Shown: positions 40,805-51,538 of the stretch, in pieces | Layout of the letters: each line of letters begins with the position of its first letter | How positions within the stretch are numbered: position 1 is the stretch's first letter | Origin: Tubulanus polymorphus | Lineage: Eukaryota; Animalia; Nemertea | Assembly: GCF_964204645.1 (NCBI RefSeq) | Contig: NC_134032.1 | Coordinates: forward strand, 2,876,175-2,940,174 | Length of the DNA stretch: 64,000 nucleotides | Reading direction: 5' to 3' | The notes under the pieces: model-generated | What the model was told of the DNA's origin: nothing | What the model saw: only the letters and a program-made list of their open reading frames with translations | The model's database searches: none | Translations under genes and position numbers: made by a program

Positions 40805-42743
40805 AACAGCATCTTTTGATTTAATTTATTCTATATATTTTGACTATAAAATGAGTGAAAATAAGGTATTAGAAATATTACATCTAATATATAAAAATCA
40901 ACAGAATATTAAATCATTATGATTTCAGGTTTATTTTCATTCTCAGTTTATACTATAAAACAGTTGTTAGAATTCTATGATTGCTGAAAAATTAGATACA
41001 CTGAATTAATAGAAAATATGAATTATATTTCAGATAGATTGAATAATATTAAATGCTTTGAAATATGCAATAAAAGATATAAAAATAAAAAGAGTTTGAG
41101 AAATCACATGTATATTCATGAACTTGATGAACAATTATATGAATCAAAATAAGAAATCGACTGTTAAATTAGCTGAAAATATAAAATATATTAGTTGAAA
41201 TGTATGAAAATAAAAGTTAATAAAAAAGGGGGTTGAGGTATCAATGTATTAGATACCCTATTAGATACCCTAATACCATGTATTAGATACGTATCAAATA
41301 CGTATTGATGGTATTAAATACGTATTAATGGTATTAAATACATATTATGCTTTATTTCTGAAAATGAAGTAACAGAAGTAATTTATGTTTTAATTCATTC
41401 AAGTATGATATTGTAAATTCTTTACATTTGACTAGGATAATACAAGAGTGATATTAGTTAGTTAGCTTATTCAATAAGAGAAACAATGAAATAATACAAG
41501 AGCGATACTAACAGTTAAAGTTATTGAATTTCTTGTTAAATCTATTTGAATTCTAGTCAATTCTTGTTAACCAATAGCGTGAATAGAAATCAAAAAGATT
41601 TAAATAGAAAAACAATAAGTTACTTTCTCTAATACTAACTTATTTAACTTATTGTTTTTCTATTTAAATCTTTTTGATTTCTGTTCACGCTATTGGTTAA
41701 CAAGAATTGACTAGAATTCAAATAGATTTAACAAGAAATCAAATAACTTTAACTGTTAGTATCACTCTTGTATTATTTCATTGTTTCTCTTATTGAATAA
41801 GCCAACTAACTAATATCACTCTTGTATTATTTCATTGTTTCTCTTATTGAATAAGCCAACTAACTAATATCACTCTTGTATTATTTCATTGTTTCTCTTA
41901 TTGAATAAGCCAACTAACTAATATCACTCTTGTATTATCCTAGTCAAATGTAAAGAATTTACAATATCATACTTGAATGAATTAAAACATGAATTACTTC
42001 TGTTACTTCATTTTCAGAAATAAAGCATAATATGTACTTAATACCATTAATACGTATTTAATACCATCAATACGTATTTGATACGTATTTAATACATGGT
42101 ATTATGGTATCTAATAGGGTATCTAATACATTGATACCTCAACCCCCCTTTTTTATTAACTTTCATTTTCATACATTTCAACTAATATATTTTATATTTT
42201 CAGCTAATTTAACAGTCGATTTCTTATTTTGATTCATATAATTTTTCATCAAGTTCATGAATATACATGTGATTTCTCAAAATCTTTTTATTTTTATATC
42301 TTTTATTGCATATTTCACAGCATTTAATATTATACAATCTATCTGAAATATAATTCATATTTTCTATTAATTCAGTGTATCTAATTTTACAGCAATCATA
42401 GAATTCTAACAACTGTTTTATAGTATAAACTGAGAATGAAAATAAACCTGAAATCATAATAATTGATTTGATATTCTGTTGATTTTTATATATTAGATGT
42501 AATATTTCTAATACCTTATTTTCACTCATTTTATAGTCAAAATATATAGAATAAATTAAATTAAAAGATGCTGTTCTAATCCTCCAAATCATTTAAATCA
42601 TTAACTTTTTTATTGTTATTTTTTTCTGTGGTTGTTTCCATTTAACTTCTTTAATTTCTTTCTCAATTTTATATTTTCATTTATTAAATCCTAACTGATA
42701 TTTTCATAATAAAAGAAAAGCGCAGCAAATATTAAGCCTCCTG
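40638..42743. repeat. Long inverted repeat: arms about 40638-41622 and 41645-42743, 22-nt spacer
   Basis: Arms are reverse-complementary with scattered substitutions; right arm carries three copies of a 54-bp unit present once in the left arm. Confidence 0.93.
42224..42529 (-). CDS. Small protein with a hydrophobic segment and C-terminal C2H2 zinc finger; the mirror copy at 40851-41152 (+) is disrupted
   Basis: MSENKVLEIL...CEICNKRYKNKKILRNHMYIH; left-arm copy has a frameshift near 40918 and a TGA near 40985. Confidence 0.55.
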   Translation of the reverse strand: MSENKVLEILHLIYKNQQNIKSIIMISGLFSFSVYTIKQLLEFYDCCKIRYTELIENMNYISDRLYNIKCCEICNKRYKNKKILRNHMYIHELDEKLYESK

Positions 42744-43197
42744 TAAACATACGGTTTTATGTCCAGATTCTTGCCGCAAAAACAGAAGCTCCGCACTCGA
42801 ATTTATTTTTCATTTTTACTCCCTAGAAAAAAGTGTGAGTAAAGTGTGAGTGAAATAAATTCGAGTGTGTGAGAATTATTTTTCATTTTTTATGAGTTTC
42901 GCGACTAATTCAAGTAGAAATTGTTATTATTTTCATATTTTTCATTTTTTATGAGCTCGACCGTTCGACCTTTGGCTTGAAAGCCCATTACCCCTATTAC
43001 TTTTGTAAGCTAATTTTGTATGTCCCGATTCCAATTTTGTCAAATAAATTCGCCATGACTATGGCAGTGTTAAAATCAACAACCTTACTAAATTCACTAA
43101 ATTCAGTTAATTTGTCTACAGTACCGTCCTTTTATAGGAAAAATCACTTTATGAACTGACTGACTTGTGACTTTCATGTGTCTCAACTCAATCCTTA

Positions 43198-43839
43198 GGC
43201 ACACCAAAAGAAAACCCTGTTTCTCGGGCCCGACCGACCCAATATTTTGTCATTTGAAATAATCATTTTCGAAATAAAATAAAATTTTCTACCGACCCTA
43301 TTTCAAAATTGTGGATTAAATAACTATTTTCAAAAAATATATATATATATGTGGCCGACCGACTACAAAGCTCTCCATTCTCGTAAATATTTTTTTCTTT
43401 TTCGTGAAATCGTGATGTCGGCACCGAGACGACATGATAAAAATATCTTATTACATCGGATTTAACAATTTTATACTGGATATAGACAACGATGCTAATC
43501 AGATATTGGCGACCTTGGATTGTAAAATTCCAGGAATTCCGTATACAGTATATTATACGCCTATTCAAGATTTTGATGTTTTCCTTTTTATAAACAGTTT
43601 CCAAGTGTGAAATATAATACAAAAAAACATCATCTTCCCTTTATTATTGTGGTCGTCTAGCTGCTAATCCTATTTTTAACTGGAAATTTGGTCCCGTAAA
43701 AATTATTTACGGCGACCTACCCGCTGTCAGAAGAACACCCGAAATATTTTTTTTCTATAAAAAGAAAAAAAAATTCCCTACCGACCTACCCATTTTGGTG
43801 ATTGCCCAGCCGAGAAACAGGATTTTTTTTTGTGCGGCC
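43198..43839. mobile_element. MITE with TTA target duplication (PIF/Harbinger- or Zator-like)
   Basis: TTA-[GGC...CCTGTTTCTCGG ... CCGAGAAACAGG...GCC]-TTA; internal CCGACC motifs. Confidence 0.65.
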
Positions 43840-44266
43840 TTATGAGAATTCTTGGAGGCAAAACGAAATACGTACGTATTGACACCTTTCGATATCTTTA
43901 TACGTTTTTAAATTCTTTGACCTCCATACGAAAAAAGACCGAATGAAAACATGTATGAATGCAATGGCTGGCCATCTTACAATATTAGTAATTAGAAAAG
44001 TGGGGTTTCAGGCCAGAGGGCGTGAGGGCGAGACACCCCACTCATCACCACAAGTAATTTTTTTCCCTAATAAATGGGGGAGAATGAGTTCCAGACAGAA
44101 AACAATAATGTCAATAAAAATCAATATTATTGCCAATATTGTAAAAAATACATCGATACATCTCATAAAACACGACATGAAAAAAAAACTGCAAATCATA
44201 TAAAAAAATGTAATAGATTTTGAAACTCCAGAAAATTCTAATGAAAGAAAAGAACGATTAGAAAAT

Positions 44267-47200
44267 ATGAATGTGGATGAAATAAAATGTGAAGTTTGTA
44301 ATGAATTTATAGTAAAAAGGAATTATAATAGACATCTCGAATCACAAAAACATTATAAAAATTTAAATAAAAATGTTTTAGGATTTGAATATTTTGATAA
44401 TAAACCTCAACAAGTAAAAGAATCAACTTCAAAAACAAAATCCATTTCAAATAAACCTTACATGGAAAATGTTAGAAATTATATTGATTCACTAGAAATA
44501 AAAGATACAATTGAAATCTTAGAAACATTACATAGTAAAATTGGCCCTGCAGCTATTATATTTAGATTCTTTAAAGGTACAACAATAGAAGATTATAGTA
44601 AATTTAATGAAATAATAGAAAAAATACTAGATTTGATAACAGATGTTGAATATCCAAAAATTAGTATCTCTGGGAAAGTAAGTTTTATAAAGTCAGAAGA
44701 AAAAATGGATTATAATATTCAAACACACTCTGAAGAAATAATTTCAAAAACACAAATAAAAGAGAAGTTAGAAAAAATATTAAATGAATTTAAACGTCAT
44801 ATTGAAGAAAGATATTTTGAGGGTTCTGGCTTAACATTGAATGAAATTATATATTTAGATTTAAATGTTTATAATACAAAAAGAAATAAAACATCAAAAA
44901 GTAATAAAATGTTTAAAAATGATTCAAACTTTATAACAGAAAAAGATATGAAAGCATCAAGTTATATCAAATTACCATTTATAACAAAAGCAGTAATAAA
45001 TATTCAAAATGAAGATAATAAATGTTTTCTATGGTCAATTATTAGTTGCTTACCTCCAACAGAAGAACATGTTTATAGAATAACAGATTACCGGAAATAT
45101 GAAACATTATATAAAATTGATCAATATCCAGTAACTATAAAAATGATTCCTAAAATAGAAAAAGTTAATAATTTAAAAATAAATGTATTCGAATTAATGC
45201 AATTACCAAAGACAAAAGGTGAAAATATTAAAGATTATACATTGGAAGCTTTATATTTAACAGAATATTATGATGATGAAAATGCTATAGATTTGTTATA
45301 TTACAAAAAAGATGAAAATGAACATTATATGTGGTTAAAACAAATTGATTTATTCTTTAGAACAACAGAAAGTGATCATCATCGTAAAATTTATCTATGT
45401 AGAAAATGTTTATCTAAATTTATGACTGAGAATACATTACTAAAACATAAAGAATTATGTGATAATAAAGATTTTTGTAAATTAATAATGCCAACAGAAA
45501 AAGATTATAAATTGAAATTTACTAATCATAAATTTAAAAATATTGTTCCATTTGTAATTTATGGGGATTTTGAATCGTTGAATAAAGAATTAACTGATCA
45601 AGATAGAAAAGAAATATATAACAAAAAGCAATTATTAAAATCAATGGATAAAGGAAATGATTTAAATGAAGACATAATACAAGACCCACCAATTATAAAT
45701 ACAATTAAAAAAGTTCATCAAAGAGCTGCTGCTTACGGAATTTATATAAAATCAAATTATCCCGAATTATATGAAAGTCAATATATTTCTTTTAGAGGTG
45801 AAAATGTAGTTAATGATTTTTGTGATAAAATTATTGAATTAGAAAGTGATTTTGCAAAATTATTAAACAAAAATAAAAGAATAGTTATGACAAAAGAAGA
45901 TGAAATTGATTTTAATTATGCAACTCATTGTTGTTATTGTGAAAAACGTTTTTATTCATTTGATAAAAGAGTTAGAGATCATGATCATTTAAATTCAAAA
46001 TATCGTGGAGCTGCTCATGAAGATTGCAATTTACAAGCTAAAAAAGTAAATTTCGTACCAATATTATTTCATAATTTATCAGGATATGATACCCATCTAT
46101 TTATAAAACAATTATCAGGAAAATTGGGTGCAATTAATCAAGAAATAGAAGAATATAATGCTATGAATGAAGCAAATGTAAGAAAATATGATTTTAAACT
46201 ATTAGCTAAAACATCTGAAAATTATATTTCATTTCAATTTGGTTGCATTAGATTTTTAGATTCTTATAGATTTCTAGCAAGTTCATTAGATAATTTATCA
46301 AAAAGTTTAGTTGATAATGATTTTGTTATAACTCGATATTATTATCCAAATGAACAAGATTTTAAATTATTGAGATATAAAGGTGCAATTCCTTATTCAT
46401 TTTATAAAACACACAATGATTTTAATGTAACAGAATTATTAAAAGATCAATTTTATGATAAATTAAAAGAGGAGTATGTGAAAGACGAAGTTTTTAATAG
46501 AACATTAAATATTTGGAACCATTTTAAGATGAAAAATCATGGTGAATTAGTTGATTTATATTTAAAATCAGATGTTATGATATTGGCTGACATATTTGAA
46601 AAATTTAGAGAAGTTAATTTGAATCATTTTAATGTTGATCCTTGTTATTGCTACTCTAGTCCTGGTTTAACCTGGCAATGTGGTTTAAAATATACAAATG
46701 TAGAATTAGATTTAGTAAAAGAACCAGATATGGTTTTATTATTTGAAAAATCAATTAGAGGTGGAATTAGTGGTGTTATGGGAGATAGGTATTTTAAAGC
46801 AAATGATGAATATAAATTATTATATATTGACGCCAATAATTTATATGGTTGGGCAATGATGCAACCTCAACCATATAAAAATTTTATATTAACAGAAGTT
46901 GAAAATGGTGATAAAACTGATTGGGAAAGCGCAATTATTAGTTTAAAAGATGAAGCACCAATTGGTTATTTCTTTGTAGTTGATTTAGAATATCCTGAAA
47001 ATATAAAGTTTAAAACAAGAAACTTACCTTATTGCCCAGAACATTTAACTGTAGATGATAGTTATTTAAGTGAATACCAGAAGAAAATAAAACCGAAAGA
47101 TCATGTTTTTACAGAAAAATTAATACTTACTCAAAATAATAAATATAATTATATTGTTCATTATAGAATGTTAAAATTTTATCTAAAGCATGGAATGAAA

Positions 47201-48079
47201 TTAAAGAAAGTACATAGATATATTGAATTTAATCAATCGAAGTGGTTAGAAAAATATATAGATTTCAATACTCAACAGAGAACAATATCAAAAAATGATT
47301 TTGAGAAGGATTTTTTTAAGTTAATGAACAATGCATTTTATGGTAAAACATGTGAAAATATTAGAAATAGAAATGATATTGAATTAGTGAATAATTATGA
47401 ACGATTGAGACACCTACAATCAAGTCCTAGACATCTAGGAAATAAAAGATTCGAAGATTATTTAACAGCGGTAAAATTAAAAAGAACGTCCATGAAATTT
47501 AATAAACCAATATTTATAGGTTCAACTGTTTTAGAAGTTTCAAAATTATTAATGTACGAATTTTATTATAATGTATTACAACCCCATTTTGGGGAAAAAC
47601 ACATAGAAATTCTATATTTTGATACTGACGCCTACATACTAAAAATCAAGACAAATGATATAACAAAAGACTTAAAAACATTGAAACATTATTTCGACTT
47701 TAGCAATTACCCCAAAGATCATGAATTGTTTAGTAATGATAATAAAAAGATTCCTGGTAAGTTTAAAGATGAATTAGGAGGTGATGAAATGATTGAATTT
47801 GTTGGGATAAGAAGTAAAATGTATAGTTATAGAACAAAAGATCATGAAGCTAAAAAGTTAAAAGGAATAACAAAACATGTGGTTGATAAACATTTAGAAT
47901 TTCAAGATTATATAAAGTGTTTATATAAATCAATTGTAATGAAACACAAAATGAATTGTTTAAGATCAGAAGATCATGAGATGTACATTAATGAAGTTGA
48001 AAAAACTAGTTTAAATCCATTTGATGATAAAAGGCATATTTTAGATGATGGTATAAAAACATTACCTTATGGCCATTAA
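44267..48079 (+). CDS. polB: Protein-primed family B DNA polymerase (pPolB); true start probably 44074 across a 1-nt homopolymer frameshift
   Basis: Exo motifs YGDFES, FHNLSGYD, YLKSDV; Pol motifs YIDANNLYGWAM, KLMNNAFYGK, YFDTD; endonuclease-VII-like insert VRDHDHLNSKYRGAAHEDCN; N-terminal Zn finger. Confidence 0.97.
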   Translation: MNVDEIKCEVCNEFIVKRNYNRHLESQKHYKNLNKNVLGFEYFDNKPQQVKESTSKTKSISNKPYMENVRNYIDSLEIKDTIEILETLHSKIGPAAIIFRFFKGTTIEDYSKFNEIIEKILDLITDVEYPKISISGKVSFIKSEEKMDYNIQTHSEEIISKTQIKEKLEKILNEFKRHIEERYFEGSGLTLNEIIYLDLNVYNTKRNKTSKSNKMFKNDSNFITEKDMKASSYIKLPFITKAVINIQNEDNKCFLWSIISCLPPTEEHVYRITDYRKYETLYKIDQYPVTIKMIPKIEKVNNLKINVFELMQLPKTKGENIKDYTLEALYLTEYYDDENAIDLLYYKKDENEHYMWLKQIDLFFRTTESDHHRKIYLCRKCLSKFMTENTLLKHKELCDNKDFCKLIMPTEKDYKLKFTNHKFKNIVPFVIYGDFESLNKELTDQDRKEIYNKKQLLKSMDKGNDLNEDIIQDPPIINTIKKVHQRAAAYGIYIKSNYPELYESQYISFRGENVVNDFCDKIIELESDFAKLLNKNKRIVMTKEDEIDFNYATHCCYCEKRFYSFDKRVRDHDHLNSKYRGAAHEDCNLQAKKVNFVPILFHNLSGYDTHLFIKQLSGKLGAINQEIEEYNAMNEANVRKYDFKLLAKTSENYISFQFGCIRFLDSYRFLASSLDNLSKSLVDNDFVITRYYYPNEQDFKLLRYKGAIPYSFYKTHNDFNVTELLKDQFYDKLKEEYVKDEVFNRTLNIWNHFKMKNHGELVDLYLKSDVMILADIFEKFREVNLNHFNVDPCYCYSSPGLTWQCGLKYTNVELDLVKEPDMVLLFEKSIRGGISGVMGDRYFKANDEYKLLYIDANNLYGWAMMQPQPYKNFILTEVENGDKTDWESAIISLKDEAPIGYFFVVDLEYPENIKFKTRNLPYCPEHLTVDDSYLSEYQKKIKPKDHVFTEKLILTQNNKYNYIVHYRMLKFYLKHGMKLKKVHRYIEFNQSKWLEKYIDFNTQQRTISKNDFEKDFFKLMNNAFYGKTCENIRNRNDIELVNNYERLRHLQSSPRHLGNKRFEDYLTAVKLKRTSMKFNKPIFIGSTVLEVSKLLMYEFYYNVLQPHFGEKHIEILYFDTDAYILKIKTNDITKDLKTLKHYFDFSNYPKDHELFSNDNKKIPGKFKDELGGDEMIEFVGIRSKMYSYRTKDHEAKKLKGITKHVVDKHLEFQDYIKCLYKSIVMKHKMNCLRSEDHEMYINEVEKTSLNPFDDKRHILDDGIKTLPYGH

Positions 48080-49374
48080 AACATAAAATCAATATCATCA
48101 TACTCGAAATCACTATTGTCTTCTTCATTTTCATTTAATTGTTCAGGTTCTTCTTCCATTCCATTTTTCTCATTTAAATAAAGTTCTATCTTGTTCCACA
48201 TTTCATCTCGCTCTCTTTGTTTCTTTTTGTTTGTTAATTCATCAAATGGAATTATAATATCTAGGTTTAAATAATTTACAATCTTATTTAAAAAGAATTC
48301 ATAATTTATTGAATCTGTTATTCTATTTTCCAAATGATACATTAATATTTGTTTGAATATTTTTTTTATATTTTCCATATCTTCTGTTAATTTAGGTTTT
48401 TCATAATAATCGTTAAATAATAAATATAAATACATTTTCTTTTCTTTTGTGTTAAATGTTGGTGGGATAATTGTTTTTATAATATCTTTTTTAGTTATTT
48501 CACCATTTTTATTTTCTATTATTTTCATTTTTTCAAGCCATTGCATATATTCTGGTGTATGATCTTCTATAGAAAATATTTTAAAAATTTCATCAAGATA
48601 ATTTAATTTTGGATCTATAAGAAAATTTCTAGTTTTTTCTTCATCCCATAAATTCTTTTGCCATCCACAATCAACACAAAATAACACAGTACCTTCTTGT
48701 CTTAAGGTCGCATAACTACATTGTGGACATTTTCGTTTATAATTTATTGGTAATAGATCTTCATTAAGCTCTTGGTATTTTCTTACGTTTTCTTTATGTT
48801 TTATTGTTCTATTATGTAGATTTGAATTACTTGTTGTAATAATCAATTTACAATATTTACAATAATATGTTTTTCTTGTTAATTCATTATATTGTTTTTC
48901 TAACTTTTCAACTGTTTCTTCATTATCTGGTAACGTTTTCTCATATTTTATTTTTTCTAATAAATTATTTTTTCTTTCATTGAATTCAGTTTCAAATTTA
49001 TTAGAAATTTTATCTATATGTGCTTTACGAAATTGATGATTTTCCCAATCTTCTTTATTTTTGGGGTTATATTTCATTCGACAAGGCTCACAGAAATGAT
49101 CTTTTATTTTATCCTTATCATAGAATAAGGAAGGTCTTTTCCAAATAACTTCAGGTTCAACTTCAGCAGAATTACTATCAACATTAGCTGTTGCGCTATT
49201 AATTCTACACTTCTCTGAATGTTTTTTAACATAATTTCTTGAGAATAATTTATTACATTTTGGACAGTTTAGTTTAGGGGGTTTATAATTTTCATTATGT
49301 TTTTTCATATGTCGAGCCATATTACTTTTTCTTAGAAGTTCACCACAAATTTCACATGCTATCTTCTCATCCAT
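48076..49374 (-). CDS. Multi zinc-finger protein with acidic tail (432 aa), putative regulator
   Basis: CEIC..H..H, CPKC, CEPC, CKYC..H..H, CPQC..CVDC; TAAATG start. Confidence 0.8.
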   Translation of the reverse strand: MDEKIACEICGELLRKSNMARHMKKHNENYKPPKLNCPKCNKLFSRNYVKKHSEKCRINSATANVDSNSAEVEPEVIWKRPSLFYDKDKIKDHFCEPCRMKYNPKNKEDWENHQFRKAHIDKISNKFETEFNERKNNLLEKIKYEKTLPDNEETVEKLEKQYNELTRKTYYCKYCKLIITTSNSNLHNRTIKHKENVRKYQELNEDLLPINYKRKCPQCSYATLRQEGTVLFCVDCGWQKNLWDEEKTRNFLIDPKLNYLDEIFKIFSIEDHTPEYMQWLEKMKIIENKNGEITKKDIIKTIIPPTFNTKEKKMYLYLLFNDYYEKPKLTEDMENIKKIFKQILMYHLENRITDSINYEFFLNKIVNYLNLDIIIPFDELTNKKKQRERDEMWNKIELYLNEKNGMEEEPEQLNENEEDNSDFEYDDIDFMF

Positions 49375-49431
49375 TTATTAGGGGAAAAAATTACTTGTGG
49401 TGATGAGTGTAATTTTTTTATGTTATAAATA

Positions 49432-50190
49432 ATGGTAGAATTAAAAGAATACAGAATATTTGTTGATTCTAGAAGACTTACAAATTATAAATCACATAAT
49501 TTATTAGTTCAATTAGATAGAGAATTCAAGAATTGTGTTGATTTAAAATTAGTAAATATAAGTTTATGTAATTCTTTTTACAATGTATCGGATAAAACTT
49601 TTGAACATAGATTGTTTATAATTTATGTAGAAAATATAGATAAATGGTATAATCTATTATTAAAATCAGGATTATATAATTTAGATACATTAGCACAAGA
49701 AATTAACAGAAGAGCACGATTAAAACTTAGATGTGAAGATAAATTTTTAATTAGATTCATAAAAAGTGATAGTTCTGATAAAATTAAAATAAAGTTAGAT
49801 GAAGGAAACAAACAAGCATTTATAGTAAAAAAACCTATAGCTAAACTGTTAGGAATTAAACCATTTACTGCTACAGGAAACGTAGAAGTTACACCAAACT
49901 TAATACCTTACACACATTTTTATATTTATTGCAATTTAATCGATCCTACAAAAACATTTGAAGCAACTAAAGATACAACACGTAATTCTAGTATATTAAA
50001 TATTTTACCATTGAAGAACGTTAAACAATTTGGAACGCAAATAAATTATAATTTAGCTGAATGTGATTTTAAACCTTGTATTCCTCAATTTAACAATTTT
50101 AAATTAGAAATATGAAATCATAATGGTTATTTAATTGATTTGAATAACTTTCCTGTAATTTATGAATTAGTTATAAGATGTAAAGAGTAA
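49432..50190 (+). pseudogene. Probable minor capsid (penton-like) protein with a premature TGA at 50113-50115
   Basis: Beta-rich; IYCNLI motif; frame continues past the stop as NHNGYLIDLNNFPVIYELVIRCKE*, resembling Polinton minor capsid C-termini. Confidence 0.6.
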
Positions 50191-50206
50191 TTTTTTCATT
50201 ATATAA

Positions 50207-50563
50207 ATGAATATAACTGTTGGACCGAGTATATGTTTTGGGTTTGATTTTAAACGTGAGAAAGAAATGAAATTTAATATTAATGATGTAATAACACATA
50301 TCAAAAATATTGCATTTTCTAATGAAACAACATTTGAGTATGAAACAACAATTGATAAAGAAACTTTAAATGTAGAAAAGATTACTAATTTAATTAGAGA
50401 ATCTTTAAGATTTTATGAATTAGATGAAGATTTTATCATCGATGATATTAAAAAAATAATAATTGAAATATATACAAATGAAACTAGTAATAAAATAAAT
50501 GTTGAATTAATCATCACTAAGTTAACTAACTATTTTGATGATAGTAATTTTTTTGATAAATAA
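50207..50563 (+). CDS. Polinton hypothetical protein (118 aa)
   Basis: T-tract plus TAAATG start; abuts the next gene. Confidence 0.65.
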   Translation: MNITVGPSICFGFDFKREKEMKFNINDVITHIKNIAFSNETTFEYETTIDKETLNVEKITNLIRESLRFYELDEDFIIDDIKKIIIEIYTNETSNKINVELIITKLTNYFDDSNFFDK

Positions 50564-50809
50564 ATGAGTGATAATAAGTGGATAATAACTGGATTATATA
50601 ATGGCGCATTACTATCAGTTGGAACTGTTGGTTATTCAATGGTATTAAAAAAAGTATTCAAAATGGGAAGTGTTAATGTTGATAGATTTGATATAAATGA
50701 TATTTTAAAGTTAACATTAGCAGTTACTTTATCTAATTTAACTATTGATTATTTGGAAAAACAAAAATATATTCCTCCTGTAACTGCCAATCTTGAATCT
50801 TGCAAATAA
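50564..50809 (+). CDS. Small hydrophobic Polinton protein; native end KYIPPI* replaced by LTR-derived VTANLESCK*
   Basis: Joining 50778 to 57520 restores CCT CCC ATA TAA. Confidence 0.75.
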   Translation: MSDNKWIITGLYNGALLSVGTVGYSMVLKKVFKMGSVNVDRFDINDILKLTLAVTLSNLTIDYLEKQKYIPPVTANLESCK

Positions 50810-51326
50810 ACTTAACGCAACAATCTTCTTGGTTTAAACGCAACTCTTTGACTTTTTTATTCTTGAATCAACTTAATCTTGTGTTGTTCTTGACATATCC
50901 TGCCGTTGTTCTTTACATATGTTGTTGTTGGTTTCTAATAAAATAAACAATATTACACTATAAGAATATTGCAACATAGGAAATTAATATCGAAAGTAAA
51001 AAGAAAATGTCTTCCATCTTTACCGGAAGTCACGTACTCAATAATTAAATTCAATAAACTTTCGCGACTGATTTAAAGCACATTAAACTATAGTTACTGA
51101 TTACTGAATATTAATACACATTTAGAAGATATTCTGCTATGTACTTACAGACGTTTTGGGATTGATCTAACATAAATTTGGCAGAAACAAACGTAAAAAC
51201 TAAAACTGTCTTAAAATTGCAATCACATGGATACCATCTTAACTTTTAGTACAAAGAAATACCGCATGAGGGCGCCACTAGCTAGAGCAAAATTAACTGT
51301 TACAAATTACACAATTGAACACTACA
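50779..51326 (-). repeat. 3' LTR (548 bp)
   Basis: Identical by eye to 56967-57514; preceded on the minus strand by a polypurine tract. Confidence 0.95.
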
Positions 51327-51340
51327 TCACCCACCTCCTT
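51327..51340 (-). other. Polypurine tract
   Basis: AAGGAGGTGGGTGA immediately 5' of the 3' LTR on the minus strand. Confidence 0.8.
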
Positions 51341-51538
51341 AAGGGCACGTAGGGCGCTTAAAACAAAATTTAAAAAACTAGCCTTATGCTTATAAAACCA
51401 AAAAACCTTAATACTACAAACTACAAAATTATCAAAAAACATCACATAACCAGCTTAACATTAAACCACTATAGGCTTATCTTAAGAAATTCTGTTTACG
51501 CTCTTTAAAATTACAAATTAATACAAATTGTTACAAAG

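Larger units (their letters stand above)
38040..43001. mobile_element. Non-autonomous Polinton/Maverick-type element, 4962 bp
   Basis: Inverted termini AGTAATAGGGGTAATGGGCTTTCAAGCCAAAGGTC; AG...CT ends; exact 6-bp TSD TTTGTA (38034-38039, 43002-43007); very AT-rich cargo with Zn-finger ORFs. Confidence 0.8.
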
